From an uncultured Planctomycetaceae bacterium (GTDB taxonomy: Bacteria > Planctomycetota > Planctomycetia > Pirellulales > UBA1268): a stretch of DNA of 64,000 bases. The position numbers and the translations under genes were made by a program. The DNA lies in the NCBI GenBank assembly GCA_903885565.1, contig CAISJI010000146.1, forward strand, positions 6,389-70,388. Direction: 5' to 3'. Positions 17,677 through 30,514 of this stretch are shown piece by piece. The notes beneath the pieces were generated by a model, which was not told the origin of the DNA, searched no databases, and saw only the letters and a list, made by a program, of their open reading frames with translations. The stretch's first letter is position 1, and every line of letters starts with the position of its first letter.

Positions 17677-19155
17677 ATGGCACGTTCTGTGGCTTTGGCT
17701 ATCGATTTGGGGGCTTCCGGTGGCCGCGTGGTTTCGGGGGCCTTTGACGGCCACCTCTTGGAGCTGGAGGAGATTCACCGGTTTGAGAATGCCCCGGTGG
17801 CGATGGGTGGACAGTTGGTGTGGGATCTGGTGCGGCTGTGGCAGGAGATTGTGCAGGGCTTGCGCGCAGCCGCTGGCCGGCACGGCAGTCAGGTCGCCAC
17901 CGTCGGTGTCGATACCTGGGGCGTCGATTTTTCGTTTCTGGGGGCTGACGATGTGCTGCTGGCCAATCCGGTCTGCTACCGCGATGCCCGCACCCGCGGC
18001 ATGCTCGCGGCGGCCGAGAGGATCGTGCCTCGCGCTGAAATCTTCGCCGCCACAGGCTTGCAGTTCATGGAGATCAATTCGCTCTACCAACTCCTCAGCA
18101 TGCAGGAGCAGCGGTCGAGCGTGCTCGCCGCGGCCGACCGCATGCTGATGATTCCCGACATCATGCATTGGCTGTTGTCGGGGGTGCGCTCCAACGAACG
18201 CACCAACGCCTCCACCTCGCAATGCTTCGATCCGCAACGTGGCACCTGGGCCTTCGATCTCCTCGATCGCTTTGCCCTGCCGCGGCACATCTTCGGGCCG
18301 ATCGTTGAGCCGGGCACCGTGCTGGGGCCGCTACGGCCGGAGCTGGCTGTGGAAACGGGGCTTTCCGGCGTGCGCGTTGTGGTTCCTGGCACGCACGACA
18401 CCGCCAGCGCGGTGGCCGCGGTGCCCGCCTCGGAGCCGCCGAGCGACCGACCCGACTGGTGCTATGTGAGTCTTGGCACCTGGGCTCTGGTGGGAGCGGA
18501 GCTCTCCCGACCGCTGGTCACCCCGGCCTGCCTGGAGCGAAACTTCACCAACGAAGCGGGAATCGGTGGCACCACCCGCCTGCTCAAAAACATCTGCGGC
18601 CTCTGGCTCGTGCAACAATGCCGGGCCAGTTGGCAGCGCTCGGGGAAGGAATGGACCTGGGAGCAGTTGACGGCTCTGGCGGCAGAGGCTCCCCCGCTGG
18701 TGACGCTCGTCGATCCCAACCATCCCTCGCTGGTAGCGCCTCACGACATGCCGGAGGCGATCCGGAGCCTGGCCCGGGAGACTGGGCAGCCCGTTCCGGA
18801 AACCACTGCCGCGGTGGTGCGGACGGCGCTGGAGAGCGTGGCGGCGGCGGTGCGCCGGACCGTCGAAGAACTCGACAGCCTGCTGGGCCGTCGGCTGGGA
18901 CGGATCCATGTTGTCGGCGGTGGTGTGAAAAACGGAATGCTCTGCCAATCGATCGCCGATGCCTGCCAGCGGCCGGTGATTGCCGGCCCCGTGGAGGCGA
19001 CTGCCATCGGCAACCTGCTGGTGCAGCAGCTTGCCAGCGGCGGAACGGTCGATCTGCGCAGCGTCCGCGAGGTGGTGCGCAACAGCTTCGAAATCACCCG
19101 CTACGAACCGAGAGACCACGCCCTGTGGAACGCCCGGCTCGCCCAGCGGGCCTGA
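17677..19155 (+). CDS. FGGY-family carbohydrate kinase, rhamnulokinase-like
   Basis: AIDLGASGGRVV, GVDTWGVDFSFLG, NPVCYRDART and C-terminal HVVGGGVKN are FGGY/RhaB-like motifs. No rhaA or rhaD next to it. Confidence 0.75.
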   Translation: MARSVALAIDLGASGGRVVSGAFDGHLLELEEIHRFENAPVAMGGQLVWDLVRLWQEIVQGLRAAAGRHGSQVATVGVDTWGVDFSFLGADDVLLANPVCYRDARTRGMLAAAERIVPRAEIFAATGLQFMEINSLYQLLSMQEQRSSVLAAADRMLMIPDIMHWLLSGVRSNERTNASTSQCFDPQRGTWAFDLLDRFALPRHIFGPIVEPGTVLGPLRPELAVETGLSGVRVVVPGTHDTASAVAAVPASEPPSDRPDWCYVSLGTWALVGAELSRPLVTPACLERNFTNEAGIGGTTRLLKNICGLWLVQQCRASWQRSGKEWTWEQLTALAAEAPPLVTLVDPNHPSLVAPHDMPEAIRSLARETGQPVPETTAAVVRTALESVAAAVRRTVEELDSLLGRRLGRIHVVGGGVKNGMLCQSIADACQRPVIAGPVEATAIGNLLVQQLASGGTVDLRSVREVVRNSFEITRYEPRDHALWNARLAQRA

Positions 19156-19167
19156 CGCAAGCAGAGC

Positions 19168-21117
19168 CTACGCAGCCTGGAGCTTGGTGGCCGGACGCTT
19201 CGTGATCGTGCCATGCTCAACATGGAGGATCGAATCGGCCAGAGCCAGCGTGCTCGCCCGATGGGTAATCATGATCACGGTGCGATTTTCCACGTAGAGC
19301 GAGAGGGCATCGTGGATGAGTCGCTCGCTCTCCACGTCGATCTGGCTGGTGGCTTCGTCGAGCACCAGGATTTCCGCATTGCGCAGAAAGGCCCGGGCCA
19401 GGGCGATGCGCTGCCGCTGCCCGCCCGAGAGCCGGAAGCCGTTGGGCCCCACCATCGTGCGGTAGCCATCGGGGAATTCGCTGATGAATTCGTGGGCATG
19501 CGCCTTGCGAGCAGCCTCCTCGATCTCCGCGTCGGTGGCATCCCAGCGACCATAGCGGATGTTGTACATGATCGATTCGTTGAACAGTTCTGTCTGCTGG
19601 GTCACCATGGCGATGCGCCGCCGCAGATCGTGGAGCGACAGTTCGGTCAGGGGCACTCCATCGAGCAGCACCTGCCCCTGGGTCGGGTCATAGAATCGGC
19701 AGATGAGATTGATCAGCGTGCTCTTGCCGCCGCCATTGGGGCCCACGACTGCAATCCGCTCCCCGAACTGGATCGAGAAGTTGGCGTCGCGAAGCACGGT
19801 GTCGATCCCGTCGTAGCTGAACGACACGTCCTGCAGGCGGATCTCGCGGTGGGGGGAGGGGAGCCGCTTGGGGTTGGCCGGTTCGGCCAGTTTCGACGGC
19901 GTGTCGAGCATCGGATAGAGGGCCTGAGCTCCCACGATGCCGACATTCACGCCGGTGAACACGCCAGAGAGCTTGCGCACCGGATCGCTGGCACCGATGA
20001 GCATCCCGAAAAAGACCATGATGCCGGGAACGGTCATGGGCCGGTCGGTCATGGTGAAGCCGAAGATCTCGGTCTGCTGGTTGATCACCAGCCACGCCCC
20101 CACGGCGATCGATGTCGCGACCATCCCAATGCCGAGGATTTCGGTGATTGGATTGGCCAGGGCGAAATAGAACGTCTGCCACATCCCGACCTTCATCGCA
20201 TCGGTGGTGCAATGGCGAAACCGCGTCCGTTCGAAATCCTCCATCGTGTAGGCCTGCACGGTGAGCACATTGTTGAGCGCTTCGAGCAGCACATGATGAA
20301 AGCCGAGCGAACGGGTGAGGATGTTTTTGGAAACATTGCGGATGCGGCGGTTGAGCCAGACCATCAGGAAGCCGACCACCGGCGCCAGCGTGAGGCAGGC
20401 CAGCGTCAACTGCCAGGAGATGAGAAACGCCCCGGTGAGGCAGGCGAGGATTTTGAGCGGCTCGGTGATGGCCCCGCCATACACGCTGGTGATACCGCTG
20501 GAGAGCATGTCGGAAACGCCCGTTACCTGCGCCATAAAGCCGGCCGATCCGTTGCGCATAAACTGCACCCGGTCGAGCGCCAGCGCCTTGTCGAAAACCT
20601 TCACGCGGATGTCGCGGCTGATGCTCATCGCCACCCAGGAGACCAGCAGCGTGCTGGTCATGAGCAGCGCATGCTTGACGAACGTGCTCACCACCACGAA
20701 TCCCACCACCCACAGCACGGTGGTGAAGGGATCGAGCGGGAGAAATCGGTCGATCCAGGGGGCCAGCTGGTGGGAGGTGGAGAGCAGGGCCTCGTCATTG
20801 CGCACGCCGAGGGCGATCGCCTCCAGCCGCGTGCGTCCCGAGGCCGCCTGATCTGCCGGCAGGCCAGCGGTTTTCAGCCAGTCTTCCAGCCGGGTCCGTT
20901 CGGCGGTGTTGTGCTCAAGGCGCGTTTGGGCGTCTTTGATCCGCCGGTTGTTCCAGGTCTGTAGCGAATCGCCGTTGAGGGTCACCTCGATGATCGGAAA
21001 CAGGGCGGCGATATTGGCCCCCCACAGGCTGGCCACACCGCACGAACAGAGGAATGAGGCCAGCAGAAGCGGCCAGCTCTTGGCGGCGTCGCGCAGAGCG
21101 CGAAGGAAATAGTGCAT
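19168..21117 (-). CDS. ABC exporter, fused permease-ATPase (MsbA/type I exporter-like)
   Basis: A six-TM region is followed by Walker A GPNGGGKST, signature LSGGQRQR and Walker B ILVLDEATS. There is an insert of about 90 aa with coiled-coil character after TM1. Confidence 0.9.
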   Translation of the reverse strand: MHYFLRALRDAAKSWPLLLASFLCSCGVASLWGANIAALFPIIEVTLNGDSLQTWNNRRIKDAQTRLEHNTAERTRLEDWLKTAGLPADQAASGRTRLEAIALGVRNDEALLSTSHQLAPWIDRFLPLDPFTTVLWVVGFVVVSTFVKHALLMTSTLLVSWVAMSISRDIRVKVFDKALALDRVQFMRNGSAGFMAQVTGVSDMLSSGITSVYGGAITEPLKILACLTGAFLISWQLTLACLTLAPVVGFLMVWLNRRIRNVSKNILTRSLGFHHVLLEALNNVLTVQAYTMEDFERTRFRHCTTDAMKVGMWQTFYFALANPITEILGIGMVATSIAVGAWLVINQQTEIFGFTMTDRPMTVPGIMVFFGMLIGASDPVRKLSGVFTGVNVGIVGAQALYPMLDTPSKLAEPANPKRLPSPHREIRLQDVSFSYDGIDTVLRDANFSIQFGERIAVVGPNGGGKSTLINLICRFYDPTQGQVLLDGVPLTELSLHDLRRRIAMVTQQTELFNESIMYNIRYGRWDATDAEIEEAARKAHAHEFISEFPDGYRTMVGPNGFRLSGGQRQRIALARAFLRNAEILVLDEATSQIDVESERLIHDALSLYVENRTVIMITHRASTLALADSILHVEHGTITKRPATKLQAA

Positions 21118-21487
21118 GAACGGAGATCCTTTTCAGTTCCTGGAGGCGGTGCCTCTGCTGTCTGTGGCCCAAGGGCCTCGGGGCCCTTGGCCACGCTCTC
21201 TATCGGCGCAAAAATCTTTGGGGGAGTGCTTGCCACTGGCGCCGATCGCCTCAGGCTCATGGGCGCAGAAAGCAAAGACCCTGCTTGGGAATCGGATGGA
21301 ACAACTACGAAAGCCCAGCCGGAGGGTCTGAAAGACCACCCGGGTGATCTGGCCCCGAAGCGGCAACATGGGGGGTTGCGCGAAACGAGTGCCGGTCTAC
21401 CGGGTCGGGAAGGTAGTGATGCGGGCCGCCGCGTTCAAGGGCGGGTTCTGCGGGGGTTCTGGGCAAACCCGGCAGGTTCGGCAGCTG

Positions 21488-22396
21488 TCAGGTCTGCCGT
21501 GGGGCCCGGGAGCCGAGCCGCAGTTCGGCCGCCAGCAGCGTGTTGGAGAGGAGCATGGCGACGGTGAGCGGCCCCACTCCCCCCGGCACCGGCGAAATCC
21601 AGCCTGCCACAGGAGCCACTGCGGCGAAATCGACATCCCCCACCAGCCTGCCCCCCGGCTTTCCCTCACTGGCGATGCGGTTGATCCCCACATCCACCAC
21701 CACGGCCCCCGGCTTGACCATCTCCGCCGTCACCATCTGTGGCCGCCCCACGGCCGCCACCAGAATGTCGGCCTGGCGGGTGAGGGCGGGGAGGTTGGCT
21801 GAGCGGCTGTGGCAGAGGGTGACGGTGGCATCCCCACCCGGGCCACGCGAGGCCAGGAGGAGGGCGAGCGGTTTTCCCACGATGTCGCTGCGGCCGATGA
21901 TCACGGCATGCTTGCCGGCCGTTTCGATTTCCGCAGCGAGCAGCATCCGCTGCACCCCGGCCGCCGTGCAGGGAATGAAGCGGGGGCGGCCCTGCGACAG
22001 CAGGCCGGCGTTCTCCGGATGAAAGCCGTCGACATCGCGATCAGCCGGCACGGCATCGAGCACGGCTGTGGTATCGATGTGGTTCGGGAGGGGGAGTTGC
22101 ACAAGGATCCCATCGGCCGGGCGATCCGCCTCGCTGGCGATCTCGTGGATCAGCTTGACCAAGGCTTGGGTCGTGGTGCCGGCAGTCACGCGGACCACAT
22201 CGGCATCGATCCCCACCCGCGCGGCCGCATCGGCCTTGCTTTTGACATAGGAGGCGCTGGCCGCCATCTCGCCCACCAGCACAACCACCAGCCGCGGCGC
22301 CCGACCCACCACCCCCGCAAACGTCGCCACCTCGGCGCGGAGCGATTCCTCGATGCTGCCTGCGAGTTTTCGGCCATCCAGAATTGAGGCGGTCAT
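21488..22396 (-). CDS. folD: Bifunctional methylenetetrahydrofolate dehydrogenase / methenyl-THF cyclohydrolase
   Basis: MTASILDGRKLA start (ATG at 22396; the track is extended to 22483). Motifs: YVKSKADAA, GILVQLPLP, DVDGFHP, VIIGRSDIVGKP, PVPGGVGPLT. Confidence 0.9.
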   Translation of the reverse strand: MTASILDGRKLAGSIEESLRAEVATFAGVVGRAPRLVVVLVGEMAASASYVKSKADAAARVGIDADVVRVTAGTTTQALVKLIHEIASEADRPADGILVQLPLPNHIDTTAVLDAVPADRDVDGFHPENAGLLSQGRPRFIPCTAAGVQRMLLAAEIETAGKHAVIIGRSDIVGKPLALLLASRGPGGDATVTLCHSRSANLPALTRQADILVAAVGRPQMVTAEMVKPGAVVVDVGINRIASEGKPGGRLVGDVDFAAVAPVAGWISPVPGGVGPLTVAMLLSNTLLAAELRLGSRAPRQT

Positions 22397-23493
22397 CGGG
22401 AGGGGTCTTTCGGTGGAGAAGGAGCCGCTGGGATCGAGGGTGCCGGGCCGCCGCTGCTTTTCGGGTGCGCCCACTGCTGCCACCGCTCCTCCACGCGCGC
22501 TCCCTCCGCGTCGAGAGTATGAAAGACAAATCGGTAGCGCAGTTCCAGCGTGCCGCCGGCGGGAATTGTGTAGTCGCCGCTGCCGGGTGGGGCGCCGGTG
22601 AAATCATGGATGCCGAAGGGATTGGCAGCACAGAGCCCATATTCGCGGGCATGCCACAGCGCGGGATGGCGCAGATTGGTGGGATGATCAAAGGCCGCCA
22701 CGCCAATCGTGCGGCCGGCAATGGGAGCCGAGTAATCGACCCAGCGGGCCGGCTTGCCCCAGGCGGCGCCATCGATCAGCCCCGAAGAATTCACAATCTT
22801 TCCCACCGCCCCCGTCGATTGGTAGGCATCAACAGGCTGCAGGGCCGAACGCACCCGCAGGGCCATCGTGCCCTCTTTGGTGTCGCCGAAGGTCACCGGG
22901 CCATGGTCGGCCCGCAGCGTGATCAGATAGTCGAGCGTGTGGGCTGCGGCGTCGCCGGAAAACGCCAGCGTGCGGGTATCGGTGCAAACCACCGTGCCGT
23001 CGGCGGCGCACCAGCGGTTGTCGGCTTCGAGCAGGCCCTGCGGGCCGCTCTGGCAGACGCGGAGGTTCACATGCTCAATGCGCGGTGTCGGCACGCCCGC
23101 GGCATGTTTCCGCGCCCAGAAGTCGATGCCGTTGACCAGGCCGTGGCAAAACCAGAGCGATTCGTGGTGGACATGGTCATGCGCCTCTCCCTCCACGTCC
23201 GGCACCATCGGCCAGGAGCGGGTGATCGTTTCGCCGCCGGGCACCCGGATCGGAAAGAGGATTGGCTGCGCATGCCCCTGAAAGATATAGCTGGTGAAGG
23301 GTTCCCCCTCGACCGTCACGTCAACCCGATCCTCCCGGCGTTCCAGCACGACGTCAGCCTGGGCCAGCCGGGGCGCCAAGGCGCACACAATGGCCAGGGA
23401 AAGGGCCACGACTGGTGCCAGATGGCAGAGGACCGCCAGCAGCCGGCCTGCCGCGTTGAATTCCCGTGGGCAGGGCAGGCGGCGGAGGCTCAT
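22393..23493 (-). CDS. PmoA-like / DUF6807 family protein with signal anchor
   Basis: N-terminal hydrophobic segment, then FSGDAAAHTLDY..., FGDTKEGTMALRV and WVDYSAPIAGRTIGVAAFDHPTN, recalled as typical of the PmoA-family (DUF6807) proteins common in Planctomycetota. The stop overlaps the folD ATG (ATGA). Confidence 0.6.
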   Translation of the reverse strand: MSLRRLPCPREFNAAGRLLAVLCHLAPVVALSLAIVCALAPRLAQADVVLERREDRVDVTVEGEPFTSYIFQGHAQPILFPIRVPGGETITRSWPMVPDVEGEAHDHVHHESLWFCHGLVNGIDFWARKHAAGVPTPRIEHVNLRVCQSGPQGLLEADNRWCAADGTVVCTDTRTLAFSGDAAAHTLDYLITLRADHGPVTFGDTKEGTMALRVRSALQPVDAYQSTGAVGKIVNSSGLIDGAAWGKPARWVDYSAPIAGRTIGVAAFDHPTNLRHPALWHAREYGLCAANPFGIHDFTGAPPGSGDYTIPAGGTLELRYRFVFHTLDAEGARVEERWQQWAHPKSSGGPAPSIPAAPSPPKDPSR

Positions 23494-23828
23494 GATGCAC
23501 CCCCGGCCGCGCCCGAGTCGTTCATCACCAGCATGCGGAGTTGATGCTGAACCTCCTCCAGCACCCGGCGCTCGTCGGCGGAGAGGTTTCCCGCCGTCTT
23601 CTTCTCAAGCATGCCGAGCATGTCAACGAAGTGTCGGGCGGCGGGGAGATTGCGGTGGGTTTTTTTGGTGATCGGATTGGGAATCCGTCCCAGCGCCATC
23701 AATGCTTGGGTGAAGAGTGTGTGGACCAGAAAATCAAACGTGGCCGGCGGCGCCGGCAGGGGGCCGGTATCCCCCTCTGAAACCATGGAGTTTTCGTCCT
23801 CTTCATCTTCTCGGTCGCTGGCAGACAT
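23490..23828 (-). CDS. DUF1844 domain protein
   Basis: 112 aa with an acidic N-terminus. The sequence TFDFLVHTLFTQALMALGRIPNPITKK...NLPAARHFVDMLGMLEKKTAGNLS..E matches my memory of the DUF1844 pattern. The stop overlaps the next ATG (ATGA). Confidence 0.6.
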   Translation of the reverse strand: MSASDREDEEDENSMVSEGDTGPLPAPPATFDFLVHTLFTQALMALGRIPNPITKKTHRNLPAARHFVDMLGMLEKKTAGNLSADERRVLEEVQHQLRMLVMNDSGAAGGAS

Positions 23829-23882
23829 GGCACTTGCTCCTGCGGGGACAACACAACAAGAAAACGCGAACAGGAAACCCGC

Positions 23883-26888
<3,006 letters not shown>

Positions 26889-27420
26889 AGAGCGGGTTTT
26901 TCGAACTGCGCCGCCTGAGTGCTCTGGTTATTCCGGAAGCGCATGATCGATATGCGCGGGCCAGGATTACCTCCTTGCCCCGGACGTTCCCCTCGGCCCT
27001 CCCGGCCTCCTGTGGTGCCCAGCGGTTAGCCCCGCGGGGGACCAAACGGCAAAATTCGGGGACGAATCGCCAACCGATTTGCACGAAACGGGCAGATGCG
27101 CGCACGAACAGGGCAGAGTGTGACTCTCGGGCGACATTACGAGCGTTATCAACCAGCCGGTGTTGGGGAGTGCCGCAGTGAACTTTTGAATATATTCCCC
27201 GGGAAAATTTGCCTGACCACCATCTCGGATGTACGCTCCCTTGAGGATTGGTGAAGACGGGTAATCTGTAGTAGCGCTGGCGTTCCAGCCGGTGGCCGCT
27301 CCCCCAGCGGCGAACGCCTGTCTGCCGCCTGTCCGCTGCGCTGGTTTGGCTTCGGCTCCGTTTCTCCCCTTCCTGCCGGCTGGCGGTTTTTTCCGCCGCC
27401 CACACAGATCGCCCACATCG

Positions 27421-29856
27421 ATGAGCACGGACCGTTTCGCCATCATTGCCAAGGCCAAGAAACTGCTCCAGCAGATCGGCTTGGAATTGGCATTCGTCGA
27501 TTCCGTGAAGGAGAACGGCGTCGATGGGATCAACGATCTCATCAAGCAGCTCGAAGCGGTGCTCGACGGCACTGAGCCGGAGCCGATTATCTCAGCGATG
27601 CTGGCAGTGCGCCATTGGATCGACGATCGCGTCGCCGCCGACAATCGGCTTTCGGCTGTCTCTATCGCCCGGCTGGGCGACTGGCAGCCCTGGATGGATG
27701 CGGCGCTGATGTCGTGGGAATATCAGCTTCCCTATCCCGCCCTGCCCGAGGGCTGGAAAGTGCCAACTGGCGCTGTGAAGCCAGCCCCGGCTGCGAGTGC
27801 GTCGAAAGCCACTACTCCGCCAGAAGCGGTAGCAGCATCTTCTAGCGCTGCCCATGCCCATCCTGTGGCCACTGCCGCAGTTGCTGCAGAAGCCCTTCCC
27901 GAACAGACAGTCGATGTTGTGCCGGCCGATTCCGATACCGAAATGCTGCAGCTGTTCTGCGCCGAGGCGCAGGATCTCCTGCAGGACATTGAGCAGGGAG
28001 TGCTGGTGCTGGAAGAGAATCCGACCGATTCCTCCTCGATCGACTCGCTCTTCCGGGCGTTCCACACGTTCAAGGGCAACGTCGGGGTGATGAAGCTCAA
28101 TGTGCTGCAGCAACTCACGCACGAACTCGAATCGATGCTCGATGCGGCCCGCCGTGGCACTTATAAGCTCGGCAGCGATTCGATCACCGTGATTCTGGCC
28201 GGCTCCGACATCCTCAAGCGATTTGTGGCGGAGCTTTCGCAGCAGATCGGCGGCGTGGAGGCGGGCCGACAGATCGCCCTGCCGATCCCCCAGCTGATCA
28301 GGAATGTGCATGCCCTGCTGGCTGGCGAAAGCCTGCCCGGCGCCGCCCCGACCGTTCCAGCCGCAGCCCCCCCTGCTCCTGAGCCGGTGGCCGCAGCCCC
28401 GGCGGCGATCGAGGCCGCCCCAGCCCATAGTGCGCCAGCCCCTGCCGCCTCTGCCCCTGCTCAAGGAACGCATGGCGAGCCGTCCTCCGGCCCGGCTGGG
28501 TTTGATGAGGCTTCCTTTGCGGCAGTGTTTCATCAGCCAGAGGCTTCTGCCCCGCAGCCTGAGCTTCCCTTTCAGCCTGTCGCTGTGGCTGTCGAGGAAC
28601 CGGCGCCGCAGCCGGCTGCTGCAGCGCGAAAGGCTGCCAGCAGTGCCGCCGCGGCCCCGACCGGCCCCGTCATCGGCACCGGCATTGTGCGGGTCGACAC
28701 GCTCAAGCTCGACGGCCTGATCGATCTGGTGGGGGAGCTGGTGATCGCCCAATCGATGGTGGTGCAAAACCCCGAACTCAAAACAATCTCCAGCGCCCAT
28801 CTCTCCCGCTGCCTCGGCCAACTCCGCGGCATCACCTCCGATCTGCAGCGCACGGCGATGTCGCTGCGGATGGTGCCGATCCGCAACACCTTTCAGAAGA
28901 TGGCCCGGCTCGTGCGCGATCTGGCCCTCCAGCAGGGAAAAGAGATTCAGCTGAATCTCGAGGGTGAAGACACCGAACTCGACCGCAACATTGTCGAAGA
29001 GCTGAGCGATCCGCTGGTTCATATGATCCGCAACTCGGCCGACCATGGCATCGAGATGCCGGAAGTCCGCGTGGCGGCCGGCAAGCCGAGCGCCGGCACG
29101 ATCACCCTGCGGGCCTTCCATCAGGGTGGCTTTATCGTCATCCAGATCGAGGACAACGGCCGGGGCCTGAGCCCCAAGAAGATCCTCGCCAAGGCGATCG
29201 AGCGGGGAATCGTCAAGCCGGAGGAAACGCTCGACGAACGCGAAATATTTGAGCTGATCTTTGCCCCCGGATTCTCCACGGCCGAAAAGGTGACCGATCT
29301 CTCGGGCCGCGGCGTGGGGATGGACGTCGTTCGCCGCAACATCGAAAAGATGCGCGGCAAGATCGAGATCGATTCGATCGAAGGCCAAGGCACCACATTT
29401 ACGCTCTATGTGCCGCTCACGCTGGCGATCATCGAGGGGCTGCTCGTGGGGGTGGGCGAGCAGCGGTATGTGATCCCCACGCTCTCTGTGCGCGAATCGT
29501 TTCGCCCACTGCCGGGCATGGTCACGGCCGTGCAGGGGCGCGGCGAGGTGGTGAGCGTGCGCGGCCGGCTCACGCCGATTCTCAGGCTCGGTCGCCATCT
29601 CAATACTCCCCACACCGCCGATGATCCAACCAAGGGGATCGTGGTGGTGGTTGAGGCGGGGCAAGACTCCCGCTGCCTGTTGGTCGATGAACTGATCGGC
29701 AAGCAGGAAGTTGTGATCAAGAGCCTCGGCGACATGTTCCGCAATCAAACCGAATTTGCCGGGGCCGCAATCCTCGGCGACGGCCGCGTCGGACTGATCC
29801 TCGATATCAACGCCTTGGTGAAACTCAAACCCAAAAATAACGGCGAAGCCGCCTAG
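27421..29856 (+). CDS. cheA: Chemotaxis histidine kinase CheA with an uncharacterised N-terminal extension and a low-complexity linker in place of P2
   Basis: ATG at 27421 verified. HPt motif FHTFKGN with His at codon 215 (28063-28065). P3: VRVDTLKLDGLIDLVGELV. HATPase: HMIRNSADHGIE, DNGRGL, GRGVGMDVV. C-terminal CheW-like P5. No C-terminal receiver domain. Confidence 0.9.
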   Translation: MSTDRFAIIAKAKKLLQQIGLELAFVDSVKENGVDGINDLIKQLEAVLDGTEPEPIISAMLAVRHWIDDRVAADNRLSAVSIARLGDWQPWMDAALMSWEYQLPYPALPEGWKVPTGAVKPAPAASASKATTPPEAVAASSSAAHAHPVATAAVAAEALPEQTVDVVPADSDTEMLQLFCAEAQDLLQDIEQGVLVLEENPTDSSSIDSLFRAFHTFKGNVGVMKLNVLQQLTHELESMLDAARRGTYKLGSDSITVILAGSDILKRFVAELSQQIGGVEAGRQIALPIPQLIRNVHALLAGESLPGAAPTVPAAAPPAPEPVAAAPAAIEAAPAHSAPAPAASAPAQGTHGEPSSGPAGFDEASFAAVFHQPEASAPQPELPFQPVAVAVEEPAPQPAAAARKAASSAAAAPTGPVIGTGIVRVDTLKLDGLIDLVGELVIAQSMVVQNPELKTISSAHLSRCLGQLRGITSDLQRTAMSLRMVPIRNTFQKMARLVRDLALQQGKEIQLNLEGEDTELDRNIVEELSDPLVHMIRNSADHGIEMPEVRVAAGKPSAGTITLRAFHQGGFIVIQIEDNGRGLSPKKILAKAIERGIVKPEETLDEREIFELIFAPGFSTAEKVTDLSGRGVGMDVVRRNIEKMRGKIEIDSIEGQGTTFTLYVPLTLAIIEGLLVGVGEQRYVIPTLSVRESFRPLPGMVTAVQGRGEVVSVRGRLTPILRLGRHLNTPHTADDPTKGIVVVVEAGQDSRCLLVDELIGKQEVVIKSLGDMFRNQTEFAGAAILGDGRVGLILDINALVKLKPKNNGEAA

Positions 29857-29962
29857 CCAGCCATCAGGTCGATGGCTTTGATTCATTCAGGCCCCGTGCC
29901 CGATCCCCAACTCCCGAACACTCCGCCCCACTGGCCATTCACTGAAGCTTGAGAACCCAGCC

Positions 29963-30508
29963 ATGAGAGCCACATCCGTCCAGCAGCAGGGCCATCATCA
30001 GGGCCAGCCGGTTGCCCAGCCGGGCAAGTATCTGACATTCACGCTCAGCCAGGAGTCGTATGGGATCCCTGTGCTGAAAGTGCGGGAGATCATCCGCCTC
30101 TGCCCGATCACGCCGGTGGCCAACATGCCGGAGCATGTGAAGGGGGTGATCAACCTCCGCGGCAAGGTGATTCCGCTGGTCGATCTGCGGTCCAAATTCT
30201 GCCTGCCGATCGCCGCCGATAACGATCGCAACTGCATTGTCGTGACGCAGATCGCCGCCACCGGCGGTGGCACGAGGCTCTATGGCGTGATCGTCGACGG
30301 CGTCGAGGAAGTGGCCAACTTCACCGCCGCCGACATCGAGCCCACCCCCGACTTCGGAGGCGCGATCGACGCCATGTTCATCACCGGTATGGCCAAGTCG
30401 GGCACCACCGTCAAAACCCTCATCGACCTCGACAAGATCTCCGCCGTGGATGGCACGATCGCCATCGCGGCCCTTTCCTCCGCCGCCACTTCTCCGGCCA
30501 GAAAATAA
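29963..30508 (+). CDS. cheW: Chemotaxis coupling protein CheW
   Basis: YLTFTLSQESYGIPVLKVREI and GVINLRGKVIPLVDLR match the CheW fold pattern. Confidence 0.9.
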   Translation: MRATSVQQQGHHQGQPVAQPGKYLTFTLSQESYGIPVLKVREIIRLCPITPVANMPEHVKGVINLRGKVIPLVDLRSKFCLPIAADNDRNCIVVTQIAATGGGTRLYGVIVDGVEEVANFTAADIEPTPDFGGAIDAMFITGMAKSGTTVKTLIDLDKISAVDGTIAIAALSSAATSPARK

Positions 30509-30514
30509 GCAACT

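Noticed and set aside
21164-21194. GC-rich hairpin (GTGGCCCAAGGGCC-TCG-GGGCCCTTGGCCAC) between folD and the ABC exporter.
   Set aside because: The arms are offset by one base. It has no U-tract in either orientation. It lies about 295 nt after the folD stop and 47 nt upstream of the ABC exporter ATG, so I cannot tell whether it is a terminator, a leader structure or nothing. Noted only.
26889-27420. 530-bp non-coding gap upstream of cheA with a locally AT-richer patch (about 27180-27260) and a weak sigma-70-like TTGCCT-N17-TACGCT. I considered a small gene or ncRNA.
   Set aside because: No ORF with plausible composition, no tRNA-like fold and no recognisable riboswitch or sRNA motif. The promoter match is weak (4/6 and 3/6). 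It is left as an unexplained long leader, mentioned under the che finding.
27592-29886. 764-aa ORF antisense to cheA. The same applies to 29939-31903 (654 aa, antisense to cheW/mcp), 19213-20964 (583 aa), 53938-55488 (516 aa), 58825-60483 (552 aa), 5327-6373, 1023-2069 and many others.
   Set aside because: These are typical shadow ORFs of a GC-rich genome. Their composition is dominated by R/G/H/P/A with no recognisable family motifs, and each lies exactly opposite, or out of frame with, a gene that has strong family signatures.
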